Source: Octopus vulgaris (taxonomy: Eukaryota). Taken from it: a stretch of 64,000 bases of DNA. The stretch spans positions 17,484,001 to 17,548,000 of the forward strand of contig OX597832.1 of NCBI GenBank assembly GCA_951406725.2. The letters are read 5' to 3'. Under the pieces are notes generated by a model. That model saw nothing but the letters and a program-made list of their open reading frames with translations. It ran no database searches and was not told where the DNA came from. Every line of letters starts with the position of its first letter. The stretch's first letter is position 1. Positions 28,201 through 42,176 of this stretch are shown here, in pieces. Both the position numbers and the translations under genes were made by a program.

Positions 28201-28639
28201 CTCCATGCCCCCAGTGGCAATGATGGTGAATGGTTGCTGTCGTTTGGTATTTCAAGGAACCAATAAATTCCCTATTTTTATGACCGCAACTTCTTAATTA
28301 GGGTTATCTTGGATGACAGGGGCTTTCATGCGTACTGAAAAAGGGGGTTTAGGGGTCTGTGCGATAACGGGGTTAGAGAGAAAGGGAGAGAGAGAGACAA
28401 AGAGTGTGGGAGAAGCGTGTTTGGAGCGATCGAGCAAGAGAGAAAAGGAGAAAGAGAGGAGAGAGGGAGAAAGGGAGAGAGAGAGGGAGAAAGGGAGAGA
28501 GAAAGAGAGGCTTAGATGGTGTGAGCATAGAGGTGTGTAGAAGGGGATGGGTTATGAAAGACTGTGGGAGAGATGGATGGAGATGAAGGGGGCAGATGTG
28601 ATTGTTGTTGAAAATTTGGTCAGCGCTGACGTCAGTAAG

Positions 28640-29290
28640 TGTCAACAACAACAATACCAACAACAACAACAACAACAACGACGAGCAAAGCAACGGCGTG
28701 AACAACAATAGCAACAAGAACAATATCGAAAATAGTAACAGCAACAACAATAAGAAAAACAAGAAGAGTAACAATAATATCAACAACGACGATGACGGCG
28801 GTGACGATGAGGATTACGAGGACGACGGCGACGATGATGAAAACGACGATGATGACGACGATGACGATAGCGATGACGACGATGACGATGACAACGACGA
28901 TGATGACTATGATGACAGCGACGATGACGATGGCGATGACGATGACGACGATGACGATGACAACGACGATGATGTCTATGACAACAGCGACGATGACGAT
29001 GAGACGATGATGACGATGACGATGACGATGACGACGATGACGATGACAACGACGATGATGTCTATGACGACAGCGACGATGACGATGAGACGATGATGAC
29101 GATGACGATGACGATGACGACGATGACGACGACGACAATGAGGATGACGACGACGATGACAACGATGATGATGACGACGACGACGATGCGGACAACAACG
29201 ACGGTGATGATGACGATGTTGATGACAACGACGACGATGGCGACGCTGAGGACGACGACGACTTCAACGATAACAACAATTGCGGTGATG
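28640..29290. repeat. (AAC)n then (GAC/GAT)n array with 69-86-bp higher-order units
   Basis: caacgacgatgatg(a/t)ctatga..acagcgacgatgacgatg recurs at 28892, 28961 and 29047. Confidence 0.9.
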
Positions 29291-29378
29291 GGAACAAAAA
29301 CAACGAGAAAAAACAAAACAAACAAACAATATTACCATCGCCACACTGACCGCAACAACGGCAACAGCAACGACGAGT

Positions 29379-29570
29379 GGAGGCGCAATGGTCCAGTGAT
29401 TAGGGCAGCGGGCTCATGGTCGTAAGAATACAGTTTCGATTCCAAGACCGGGCATTGTGAGTGTTTATTGAGCAAAAAATACCTAAGCTCCACGAGGCTC
29501 CGGCAAGTGGGTTGGGGTGAACCCCGCTGTACTCTTTCACCACAACTTTCTCTCACTCTTTCTTCCTACT
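29379..29570 (+). mobile_element. SINE family C 5' half
   Basis: ggaggcgcaatggtccagtgattagggcagcgg...accgggcattgtgagtgtttattgagc...acaactttctctcactc. Confidence 0.85.
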
Positions 29571-29799
29571 TCTGCCACAAAGCAGAGGAACCAAGGTGTA
29601 ACCCAGTATGGTGTGGTAAACTTTTAGTCCTTAGTCTAGATTGCGAATCCTCTGTACCCCAGGATGATTCAGCTCTCCGCCCGTTGAATAATACCAAAAG
29701 CACTCAAAGAGTGCAAACCTTCGCCAACACAACAGAACAACAATAATTTAGAGCGTAGCTCCGCTCACCAAACCACAACTGCTACTCATCTAGCATTAT

Positions 29800-30078
29800 C
29801 ATTACCACATACACCACCGCCACCGCCACAACCGCAACAATCACTATCACTCCTACCACTATCACCACACCACCATCATCACCACTACTACCACTGCCAC
29901 CACTACCACCAATACCGCAACAAAGACTCTTATTACCACTGTGGCCACTACCTCAGTAACCAATGCTATCACCACCACCACCATTAAAATCATCACTTCT
30001 AACAGCAGCCATATCTTAATATATTGCTATCATAATACTATTTGAACAGCATCAGTAACACCATTACTATTAATACCT

Positions 30079-30140
<62 letters not shown>

Positions 30141-30387
30141 GCTACTACTACTACTGTTCTTGCTGTTATTGTTATTGTCGTTGCTGTTAAACAACAAGAC
30201 GGGTAAGGGAGATTAGGTGATGGTCTAGGGCTTAGGGGCGGGAGACCCCCAGACCTTGGAAAAAAATCTTTGGTCGTCTTGTTGTAGTCGAGGGCTCTTC
30301 GTTGATGCCTGACACCACTGGGAGGTGGCCCTCGAAGTCGCTGGAAATGGAGATCTCCAGGTCCCAATTCTTGGACGGTTTCTGCTG

Positions 30388-30459
<72 letters not shown>

Positions 30460-31247
30460 TTGCTACTTCTATTACTAGTAAAGAAAACATATGCACCACT
30501 ACCGTAACCTCAGCAACACCTTATCCTGATCATCATGAACATCAATCCATACACTACCACTACATCTACAACCGCCACCATCACAACCAACGAAAATTAC
30601 GATACTACTATAACAACAATTACCTATACAATCATTGACGCCACCTCCTCAATAGCACATACGCCTTCACAATCCTTGCCATCATCATCATCACCACCAT
30701 GAATGGCAACAACAATATCAAACACTTCGAGAGAACGATGGAGGCATCTACGCAGTCGCCCAACTTATTAGAAGCAATAACCAAATCAATCTCGAATTAA
30801 ATTCTATTGCTTCAGAAAAGGACATATTAAGCGATTCACATTTGGAGGGGATTATCCCTAGTTCGGAGATGTGATGGGTTTGGCTGGAATGTCTAGAAAC
30901 ATAGTAAGCCTGGTGAGGACTGACTGATATTGGAGTTAGTCAACAACGGCAAACATTACTATGGACACTGCACGGACACAAGCCGCACAGGCACGACGGT
31001 GACGATGACGACGTCGAGCACTACCAACACCACCATCACCAATAACAACAACGACAACAACATCAACCACAGCATCATCAATAACAACAACAACAGTACG
31101 ACCAACTACAACATTACTACAGCCATCAATGATACTACCTCTTTTACTACCACCAGCTACACCTCTTATGTTATCACAGTCTCTGACAATATCAGCAATA
31201 TCATCGCTGATGACGCCACCACCGCCACCAACACTAACAACAACATT

Positions 31248-31278
<31 letters not shown>

Positions 31279-32125
31279 GCAATAACAACCACAACAATAA
31301 CAGCAACAATAATGACGACGACGACGACGACGACGTCATCAGTGTCGCTAACAACAACAACATCGACACCACCACCCGAAGATCATCACAAATAACACGA
31401 GCAATAACGGCGTCACAACCGGTGCCACCACATACGACAACAACGAAGAGTCACAGAAACATCATGACGAAGACTAACAACACTTTCCCCATCATTAGCA
31501 ACAACAACAATTACAATAACAACAAGAACAAAAACCACCACTACAACAACAACCATAGCTGCATGAGCACCACCTGCAACACAGCCACCAGCAACAACAT
31601 CGCCGCTATTAACAACGGCACCATCACCACTATCAACACTACCACACCAACCACAACAACCACCACCACAACAACAACAACCAGCACCACCATGACCACC
31701 ACCAGCACCACCTCCACCGGCACCGCCATAACCACCAACACCACTGCCATAACCACCACCATCACCACCACCACCACCACCAGTACCACCGCCAAGACCA
31801 CCATCACCACAACAATCGCCACCACCACCACCACCACTGCCATCACCACCGCCATCATCAGCTCCATCGGCATCACCAGGATCACCGGGATCACCACCAC
31901 CATCACCACCAACAGCAACAACAACAAAAGCCAGCACTATCGACAACAACACTAACATCAGCACAACAATAACAACATCAACATAACGACCATTCCCATC
32001 ACCATCACCATCACCATCATCAAAAAAAACATTACCACCACCACCACCACCACCACCTACTCCACCGCGGACAGCTACGACAACGGCAGCGCTACCTATA
32101 GCACGACAACTGCAACCACCATTAT
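29800..32125. repeat. Degenerate (ACC/AAC/ACT)n arrays with short unique islands
   Basis: Direct reading. Confidence 0.85.
30191..30362. other. GC-rich island of consecutive hairpins between (CTA)n tracts
   Basis: ACAACAAGACG/CGTCTTGTTGT (30191-30201/30275-30285), inner GGTCTAGGG/CCCCAGACC, TCGAGGGC/GCCCTCGA (30288-30295/30328-30335), CTGGA/TCCAG. Confidence 0.6.
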
Positions 32126-32370
32126 TTAGTGAGGATATATGAACGAGAAGAAAGGAAGTTTGAAAAAGGCGACATGGAACGAACATCAGTCTTACTTCTC
32201 AACTCCATTATATTGCTCATTAATGATACAGTGAATGTATCCTGGCAACGGTTAATGAACATACCGGCATTGCTTACTGATCGCATGAAGCATGCGTATT
32301 GCCAGTTTGGCCATGGCGTGTGTTATATACACTCACATTACTTTATAGGAGTGACTACACAAACAAACAA

Positions 32371-32401
<31 letters not shown>

Positions 32402-32758
32402 ATTACATATATATACATATATAAACATATAAATACATACATATTTGTTGAAAGAAACACATACGTATGATTCTCAAAATACACATATTAACTCATCTAG
32501 GCACGAGTAACTTCTCACAGAATGTGCTCAATCAATAAGAAATTCAAAATTAATTAAATTAATTAGGAATGTGACCATGTTTATGCGAATTAAATAAAAT
32601 GGAACGGACCGGAGTGATTTAAAATATATCATTCAAAACCGATGCGCATATATTACTACGAATCCGGGACATAATTATGATGATTCGAAATGTGTAAGGA
32701 TGCATATCACAAATGCCGGGATGTGGAAGACTGAATATTGTCGGTTTATATATGTATG

Positions 32759-32790
<32 letters not shown>

Positions 32791-32899
32791 TGTATGTATG
32801 TATGTATGTATGTATGTATGTATGTATATATATGTACATACGGATAGATGGATGCGTATATGTATATATATATATGTATGTGCACATATATATAGTGAG

Positions 32900-32930
<31 letters not shown>

Positions 32931-33079
32931 AAGGTAGATAAATGTGTAAAGATATATAAGTATGAATACACATACATGTATATATACATATAAGTATACG
33001 CATATATATATGCGTATATATCCATGCATATATAAATGTATATATATGTATATACATATATATATATATATGTATTTGA

Positions 33080-33110
<31 letters not shown>

Positions 33111-33384
33111 GGTATGCATATATATATATATACACATATATATGTATATACATACACATATACATATACGAATATGTATAGAAATATATATATACATATA
33201 TACATATATATGCATAAATATATATATATACATATATATATACGTATATATATATATATATATATATACAAATATATTATATACAAACATATAATATATA
33301 CATACATATGTACATACATATATATACATATGTATATATATATAGACAGATATATGTATGTATATACATATTTATTTTTATATA

Positions 33385-33429
<45 letters not shown>

Positions 33430-33653
33430 TTATATATATATATGCGGTTAATATACTGGTTCAGTAAGCCAGTAAGGTGGAACTTGAAGTTGCAGTCAAC
33501 TGTATTGTGATTAATAAACTTCACCCAACTGAAGTTATGGAGACTCTCCAGTATTTGTCTGGTGTGATCTATACTTTATTGATTAACAACATACATTTTG
33601 CAAACACTCAAATATGTATATATGTATATATGTGTGCTTGTCTGTGTGTTTGA

Positions 33654-33695
<42 letters not shown>

Positions 33696-34004
33696 GTAAG
33701 TATGTGAAAATTCAGTTCAAGTTATTTTCAAACAAGTTAAAGAAAACAAAAGGAGTTTTACTCATAGAAGAAATCTATACTAAGAAGTTGAGTGAACTAT
33801 TTTTGTCAATCCTTCGTCCAAAGCGAAACTAAACGCCAAGGTCAACAGGATTTTTTACAGTCTATCTATCTATCTATATATCTATCTATCTATCTATCTA
33901 TATATATATATATATATATATCTATCTATTTATATATATATATCAATCTCTCTCTCTCTCTCTCTCTGTATATATACGTATGTACATATATATATATATA
34001 TATG

Positions 34005-34117
<113 letters not shown>

Positions 34118-34544
34118 TCTTTCCGATCCCAGTTACTAAAAACCGGACATTTTAATGTAGTCTGAAAGAAAGAGAGTGAGGAATCTAGTCGAGTTAACGG
34201 TTCCTCATGAAGATAAAATGGACGCTGCTCGTGTTCGAAAGATTGTCAAGACGCAAGCTGGAAAGCGGGGCATTTTCCAATCGAAGTCGGATGTAGAGGG
34301 TTTGTTGGACACAGTGTGGGACGACTCTTGTTATCGTTAGGTCTAAGTCATCCTAAAGTAAATACCACCATGACCGATATCCAAACTAAAGTAGAAAAGG
34401 CTTGCCATTGGATTTGGTTAAAAGAAGACAATGAGCGATGGCTAGAAGAATATTTAGCTTTATTTGATGACCATTTGATCTAGCAAGCTGGGCCTCATAT
34501 CAGCAGCATAAAAATATAGTATTTAGTTACATTCGTAGGATGCA

Positions 34545-34702
34545 AAGGAATCCTTCGAATTTAACTAAATTCTATATTTTTATGCAACTGAAGATTGTTC
34601 TACATTTTAAAGTGATGTAATGTTTGCATTGTTCAATTAAATGGAGTCGCATGAGAAGAGCGTACTGCATTACCTCTGGATATCCTTGTTGCTTATTTTG
34701 AT

Positions 34703-34703
<1 letters not shown>
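34545..34703 (-). repeat. Second copy of the dispersed ~160-bp repeat
   Basis: Reverse complement of 17958-18118. Confidence 0.8.
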
Positions 34704-34733
<30 letters not shown>

Positions 34734-34984
34734 ATTTCGCTGAAGAAAATTTCCGCATCTGGTGAGTTGTAGTAAAAGAATATATAATATAATAAAAGAA
34801 GGAACATACGCTGCTAATTTATTTACAAACTCCCATACAAGCAACATGGATTAAAATCTTCTTAAGATAATACGAAATTGCAATATTTTCAGGTGATTAG
34901 CGAAACGCTTAACAGGTCGACTATCCTTTAAAATATATTACAAATATATAAATATATATGAATTATGAGCATCTTTCTTCTTTT

Positions 34985-35035
<51 letters not shown>

Positions 35036-35037
<2 letters not shown>

Positions 35038-35292
35038 CGCGAGATCAAGTAGCCGACCAGACTGTCAGATGTTGTTGCACATTATTGATCTCGATGCCTT
35101 ACTTTACCCTTGGAATGACACCTTCCCGCTGACTAGCCAAACAGGCCAACATTCTAACCTGATCGATTGGAAAAACTGGAGCAACGTCAAAAGAAGTTTT
35201 TTTCTCAAGAATACAACTCACCGCCCTTTCTGCGTATCGAACCCCCGATTTAACGATCGTTAGTGCAACAGCCTAACCACTTGACCACTCGC
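35036..35292 (-). mobile_element. Old tRNA-SINE with a D-like CORE body and a C-like tail
   Basis: ccgaccagactgtcagatgttgttgcacat is the reverse family C tail. aactggagcaacgt...ctcaagaatacaac matches the family D body. cctaaccact is the reverse A box. Confidence 0.65.
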
Positions 35293-35606
35293 TTTGACAC
35301 GTGTACTGCTGCATAGCTGAAATTCTTTCGTACATCTGTTAGGCTATGTTTGTAAACATCGATGCATCAAACTAATGTCCCGCATTATAGGAATATACAA
35401 GTGTGTGTCTTGTGTAATAATCAGTTGTTTTCTACACATGTCCTATAACATTCATACACTTCTAATTAATCGTTAATTTTCTATTCCATAGATTTGACAC
35501 TCCATCACTCTCAGTCTATACGGGTAAGCATGTGTTTGAGAATGTCAGCAGGTACATCTGTAAGGGTACACACACTCACACACACTTGTAAAATTTCGTT
35601 GATATA

Positions 35607-35659
<53 letters not shown>

Positions 35660-35714
35660 TATATCTTATATATATGCATATTTATATATATATATATGTT
35701 TATATATATGTATA

Positions 35715-35812
<98 letters not shown>

Positions 35813-36095
35813 GTGGCATAATGGCCCAGTGGTTAGGGCAGTGGACACGCTGTCGTAGGATCGCGGTTTCGATTCCCAGACCGGTCGTTGTGAGTGTTTA
35901 TTGAGCGAAAACACCTAAAGCTCCACGAGGCCCCGACAGGAGGTGGTGGTACTCTTTCGCCACAACTTTCTCTCATTCCTTCTTCTGTAGGCCAGCGGGA
36001 TGGCGTCATTTGAAGGCTAAAACAATGCGAAGCGCATTGTGACCAGCGATGTGTAGCAACAAATGATAGCCTGGTTGGTCACGGTGACGGGGATA
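35813..36095 (+). mobile_element. SINE family C, near full length
   Basis: Colinear with 10813-11112. Confidence 0.9.
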
Positions 36096-36541
36096 TATAT
36101 ATATGTATGTATATATATATATATATGATATATGTGATATATGTGATATATATGTGTGTAGGTGTGCGTGTGAGTATGTGTGTGTATATGCATATATTCA
36201 TATTTATACATAACTATATTACTAGACAGTTGTATATGTATATGCGTATATGTTTGTGAAGTCATATGTGTGTGTATTTGTCTGTGTATTTGTTTGTGTG
36301 TGTGTGTGTGTGTTTGTGTGTGCGTGCATACATATCAGACATTTGTAAATTATCTGACCCTCTCCCACTTTTCTTCTCCGAGTCTAAACGGACGGAATTA
36401 AAAAAAAGGCGAAAAAATCAAAGCATCAAAGGAGTGTTCAAATAAGAAATGGACAAACACTTTAATGATCTCTCAGAACCTGATTATATTCCATAACAGT
36501 CTCAGAACTTGCTGGACAAGTCTACCTTAATCTAGATCTGA

Positions 36542-36595
<54 letters not shown>

Positions 36596-36911
36596 ATATA
36601 TAAACGGTGCATATCAAGATAACATGGCGTATGGATACGCATCGAGGAATCTAGTGAATAATACCGAGATCCACTAAGCGTCCTATTATGTCTCATACTA
36701 GTGAACGCTACATAACATTTGGAATATTATGCTTTCGCAGTTCTTGTATTAGCTGCGAATATATCGTTGCTAACGTTGTCCGTGTACATAACGCTTGTTC
36801 TTCAGACCACTTGGTGCAGGTTTTGCAGTATAATGTGGAAACTCGTATGTGATATAATTATTTCTCCTAACATCATTTCTCAAATGATGTCACGAGTCCA
36901 GCAATTTTAGG

Positions 36912-37080
36912 GGTAAGTCGATTACATCGACCCCAGTGTACAACTGGTACTTATTTTATCGACTGCAAACGGATGAAAGGCAAAGTCGACCTCGGCAAAA
37001 TTTGAACGCAGAAAGTAAAAACGGACGAGATAACACTAGCCCTTTTGTCCGGCGTACTAACGATTCGGCCGGCTCGACGC
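36912..37080 (-). mobile_element. SINE family B
   Basis: gtcgattacatcgaccccagtg..actggtactt...ggatgaaaggcaaagtcgacctcggc. Confidence 0.85.
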
Positions 37081-37656
37081 TTTCTATTTCAACTGATATT
37101 CGGACGTTGTGTATTTGCGGTTCAAGAAAAAAGACATATTTGTACAAAGTTTGGCTCCATAAAAAAAGTTAAAAGAGCCAAATTGATCACTCTTTTTTAC
37201 TTCACAACTCTTTTTTTTTCTGTGACCAATGACCGTTTGATAAATCAACTACAGAAGCCGTTTACTGAGAATATCTTACACAGAAGCCATACTTTCAGAT
37301 GTGGTTCTTCGAACATTACTTATATTTTTATATGATTTTCAACTTAAAGCGATTAAATGTTAAAATGCTCATTTCGTACCTTATGCAATTAGACGAATTT
37401 TGTGTCTTTTATTGTCCTTACATTGTGTCCTCTACAACTATGACCATCTGGAAAAACAGAAACAGAGTATATGTACACAGGAAGGCATTTGGTATTAGCT
37501 TATCCCCTACCATCAATAAGAATGAGCTCATCGTTCACCATCATAACCAGCACTATTATTATGAGACAACATCGCTCCCACTATGTGGTCATTTGACTTG
37601 TCACAAACCGTAGTCATATCTCTTTAAAATAAGACTTCTCCATCGTCTTTGATATA

Positions 37657-37825
37657 AGCGCAGGAGTGGCTGTGTGGTAAGGGGTAAGTAGCTTGCTTCC
37701 CAGCCACATTGTCATGGGTTCAGTCCCACTGCGTACCACCTTGGGCAAGTGTCTTCTACTATAGCCTCGGGCCGACCAAAGCCTTGTGAGTGGATTTGGT
37801 AGACGGAAACCGGAAGAGACCTGCC

Positions 37826-37899
<74 letters not shown>

Positions 37900-38140
37900 G
37901 CATGTGTGTGTTTGAGTGTGTGTGTACGTGTGTGTATATGTTTGTGTGTCTGTGTTTGTCCCCCCCCCATCATTGCTTGATAACCGATGCTGATGTTTTT
38001 ACGTGATCGTAACTTAGCGGTTCTGCAAAAGAGACCGATAGAATAAGCTCTGAGATCGATTTGCTCGACTAAAGGCGGTGCTCCAGCATGGCCACAGACA
38101 AATGACTGAAACAAGTAGAAGATGATAAGAATAAAATAAA
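37657..38140 (+). mobile_element. SINE family A, full length, with internal (TA)n(TG)n
   Basis: gcgcaggagtggctgtgtggtaa...ggttcagtcccactgcg...gtagacggaaac...(TA)n...ggcggtgctccagcatggcc...gaaacaagt. Confidence 0.92.
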
Positions 38141-38352
38141 GGTAAACAACTGTATATAAGACACAAAGCAACAGCAACAACGATAAAAGCAAGGTCAGCC
38201 ACAGAAGAAAAAGATCAAGATCAATAACCAGAACAACAAATATTACCATTATACAACGATTAAGACTCTATAAGTTATCTCTATTTTACAAGAACTGGTA
38301 ATCAGCATCCCTCAAACATCTTATTCTGTCATTTGATACAACGGGATCATTT

Positions 38353-38572
38353 AAGGCTGTGAGTTGGCAGAATTGCTAAGCATTCCGGGTAAAAGTACTT
38401 AGTGGCGTTTCGACCGTCTTTACGTTCTGAGTTCAAATTTCGCTGAGGCTGATTTTGCATTTCATCCTTTCGGGGCAGTTAAAATAAATACCAGTAGAGC
38501 ACTGGGGGGTCGACGTAATTGACTTATATCTTCCTCCGAAATTGCTGGCCTAGTGCTAAAATTTGAAATCAA
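38353..38572 (+). mobile_element. SINE family B (older variant)
   Basis: gagttggcagaattg...tacgttctgagttcaaattt...tttcatcctttcgggg...accagtagagcactgggg. Confidence 0.8.
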
Positions 38573-38929
38573 TATAATGTGACAATTAGAAAAGGACAGG
38601 ATGCGCTATAGGTCTATATAACCAAGGGAAACGTTTTATGAGAATCTGGCCGCATGCCGAAAAGCAAAAATTCACATTAGTGTTCGGATTTTGTTTTTTT
38701 TTTTTTACTTTAAGCATGCTACCGAGGTAGTCCCACGGGCCGCATGACTGGGATATACGATCAGCTAACTTGGTGCTAAACAACAATGGCAACGCCACCA
38801 ACGGAGTCACCTTCACCAGGGTCATGACCACAACAGCCCTTAACTATCTATCTAGATTAGCGTTAGTTCCACTGCATCGCCTCGAAACCATAGCACCATC
38901 ATCCTTTACAGCATCAGCTCAGTTTGTCC

Positions 38930-39620
38930 CCCGCTATCGACAGCACCAACACCGCCACAAGCATTACCACGAACACCACCCACGGAGTCACCAATTCCAC
39001 CGCCACAAACACCACTACCACCAAAACCACTACCGGCAGTATAACCACCACCACAACCACGATAGCCACCACCGCTGTCTCGATTAACGCTACAACCATT
39101 AATACTATTCACTGCTACCTCTAGCACCACCACAACCGCCACCATCAACAACAGCACCACCACCAACACCACCACAAGCGACGGCAACAACACAACCATC
39201 AACACCACCGCCATCACCACAACCATTACCACCACCGCCACCATCGCCACTACTACAGCTATCATCCAGAAACACTACTACCACTACCATCACTACTACT
39301 ACCAACATTACAACCGATGCCACCACCACCACCACCACCACCACCACCACCACTACCACACCGTTACAACATCCATAACTAGAACCGCCTCTACTACAAC
39401 CACTACCACCACCACCACAAATACCACCACCACCACCACCACAACTACCATCACCACTACCACCACAACTACCACTACGTCCACCACTATCACCACAACT
39501 ACCACTACCACCACCACCACCACCACCACCAAAACCACCACTTCCGCTACTACCACGACCATCTCGATCAACGCCACGTCCACCAATCCTATCACTACGA
39601 CCACCAGCATCAACCCTATA
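38930..39620. repeat. Degenerate (ACC)n array
   Basis: Direct reading. Confidence 0.9.
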
Positions 39621-39809
39621 CAACATTGCTGTTTCCTAGGCAACCACTCGAAATACGTTTTTTTTCTTCTATTTTTTTACCACTTTAAATTATTGTCGTC
39701 GCCATAGTTTTTGTTTATAGTTGTTGTTTTTCCAAATTGTTTTCACAACGGCTGATGTTGTTGTTTTTCCTTGAAGTTGATGTATTACTTCTTGTTGTTT
39801 ACCTCCTGA

Positions 39810-40005
39810 TCAGCTTTTATCAAATAGACCTATGATCAAAGACATTCCTCTCATGACCACCACGTTTGCTTTTTCTTCTCTTACGTAAAGATATATCCAA
39901 GAACCTCCACCCCCGTTATACATTGTGTCCTGTTTTCTTAAGACAGTGGTTGTGTGTCGCGAGGGAGATTTTCGCTGCAATTTCTAGCAGAATGACCACA
40001 TCGCG
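39810..40005. mobile_element. Ancient dispersed repeat remnant
   Basis: The motif gagattttcgctgcaatttctagcag has diverged relatives near 44590 (accgtaatttctagcag) and 51895 (tttggctcctatttccagcagg). Confidence 0.4.
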
Positions 40006-40092
40006 TCTTTCTCATCGGCCGGTGTTGCTTGCTGTACTATGTTTTTCTTGATGATATATGTAGTACCATGGCTGTTGTGAATACAATTGAAT

Positions 40093-40094
<2 letters not shown>

Positions 40095-40139
<45 letters not shown>

Positions 40140-40455
40140 TAGTAGTAAGGGAGTAGTAGTAGTAGCAGCAGCAGCGGTAGTAGTAGTACTTGTAGTAGTA
40201 GTTGTAGAAGTAGTAGTAGTAAGAGAGTAGTAGCAGTAGTAGTAGTAGTAGTAGTAGTAGTAGCAGCAGCAGCGGTTGCAGTAGCAGCAGCAGCGGCAGT
40301 AGTAGTACTTGTAGTAGTAGTAGTAGTAGTAAGGTAGTAGTAGAGGGATTAATAGTAATGGTGTCGCTGATGTTATTGAAATAGTATTATGATAGCAATA
40401 TATTAACAGTATTAGAAGTAGTAGTAGTAGTAGCAGCAGCAGCAGCAGCAGTAAC

Positions 40456-40487
<32 letters not shown>

Positions 40488-40575
40488 TTGTAGTAGCAGC
40501 AGCAGCAGCAGTTCTCGTTGTTGTCATTGCGGTTACTGCGGTGGTTCATGATGTCAATTTTGTTTACAAAGGCTC

Positions 40576-40637
<62 letters not shown>

Positions 40638-40665
40638 GCTGTCATCGTCGTCGTCGTCGTTGTAA
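40095..40665. repeat. (CAG)n/(TAG)n/(TTG)n compound array
   Basis: Direct reading. Confidence 0.92.
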
Positions 40666-41198
40666 CCGCTGCTCTTGTGGTTATCAACGATAATGTTCTT
40701 TGTAAAATCCATGGTGTCGATGGAAGTGTCGTGAGTGAGGGTTCTTCCCGTGATTTATTTCTCTTTTGTGGTCGATGTTCTGGTGGTGGAGATGGTGGTG
40801 GCTCACTGTGACAGTTTGGGTGCTAGAGGAGTTGATTAGCCCTGCTGATGACATATGGAAAATAAAATACTTCAGGAGTTCATTAGCTGTAGGGCCTGAT
40901 GCGGGAAAGTTTACGTGTTACAGGAGTCCATTAATGGTAGTGTTGAACGACAGTTCAAATTACGCAGATGCAAAATCAATGGCAGCAGTGTATGGAACTA
41001 AAGGAGCCGGTACTGAGATGATGTTGGTACGATTTAGTACAATTGATCCTTTAGAAATAGTATATATATAAGACTATTGAAAAGTTTGCAAGACGCAACG
41101 AAAATTTAAGGGAAAAAAAAGAAAGAAGTGGAAATTTTACCGGTTAGTGTGTTAATAGTAAGGCACAAAAAGAAAATGACTCTTCTCAGACACAATAG

Positions 41199-41230
<32 letters not shown>

Positions 41231-41417
41231 TGTATGTATGTATGTATGCATGTTGCTGAAGTCCATTCACCAGGCAAAAATGGATCATGTTGCTACAGAT
41301 CGGGGTTCTAACCACAGTGGGTAATATATACGCCACAGAAACTGGGAAAACGTCCCTTATTCATCCGTGCGACTCGAGAAGTTAACTTTCCCTTCTATAT
41401 TCTTTTATATAATATAA

Positions 41418-41461
<44 letters not shown>

Positions 41462-41743
41462 TTAGGTTATGGGCATGAAACGATCGTAGTGGTTTTATTT
41501 TTTATCTTATATTAAACTTTTTAATACTTTTTGATAGTTATATATAGTTAATAAATTTAAAAAAGAAAAATATATATATATATGAGTAACTGCTTTATTT
41601 GTTGAGTATATAATAGGTTTGGCTGCTTGTTTCTCTGGAGACTGTCAGAATGACATAGACGCCTCTGATAAGATCCCAGTAATGTTCGAAAATCGATTAA
41701 GGTTGTTCATGATTTTGTTCACAAACATATATATACATATATG

Positions 41744-41795
<52 letters not shown>

Positions 41796-42114
41796 TACAC
41801 ACACACACATATAGCTTACTGTTCCATTAAGGTAGCATCAGGAAAAAGCTACTCTACCCTGAGATAGATAAACACAATTTAGTGTACACTGTATTAGAAT
41901 AAGAGTTACTCATAGTTACTGCCATTAAGATACGTGATTTACCAGGTGCTCTGTACTAACATTCTTATTTCGAAATAGAGCAAACCGTGTCGCCAGAGTT
42001 TGAATATTGCGTAGGGACACAAACTACGTTATATAATCTGCTTAGCCACGTGTCACAAAGGCAAGAAACTATCAGTAACCCTTATTTCAATAGAGTTTAA
42101 ATTAAATAATTATA

Positions 42115-42176
<62 letters not shown>

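Noticed and set aside
28602-29425. Asp-rich ORF resembling acidic biomineralisation proteins
   Set aside because: A duplicated GAGAC interruption shifts poly-Asp into Met/Thr frames, and the ORF runs into a SINE.
30930-31955. 341-aa Thr/Asn-rich ORF
   Set aside because: Non-ATG start and pure low complexity. Overlapping reverse-strand frames are also open, as expected for such repeats.
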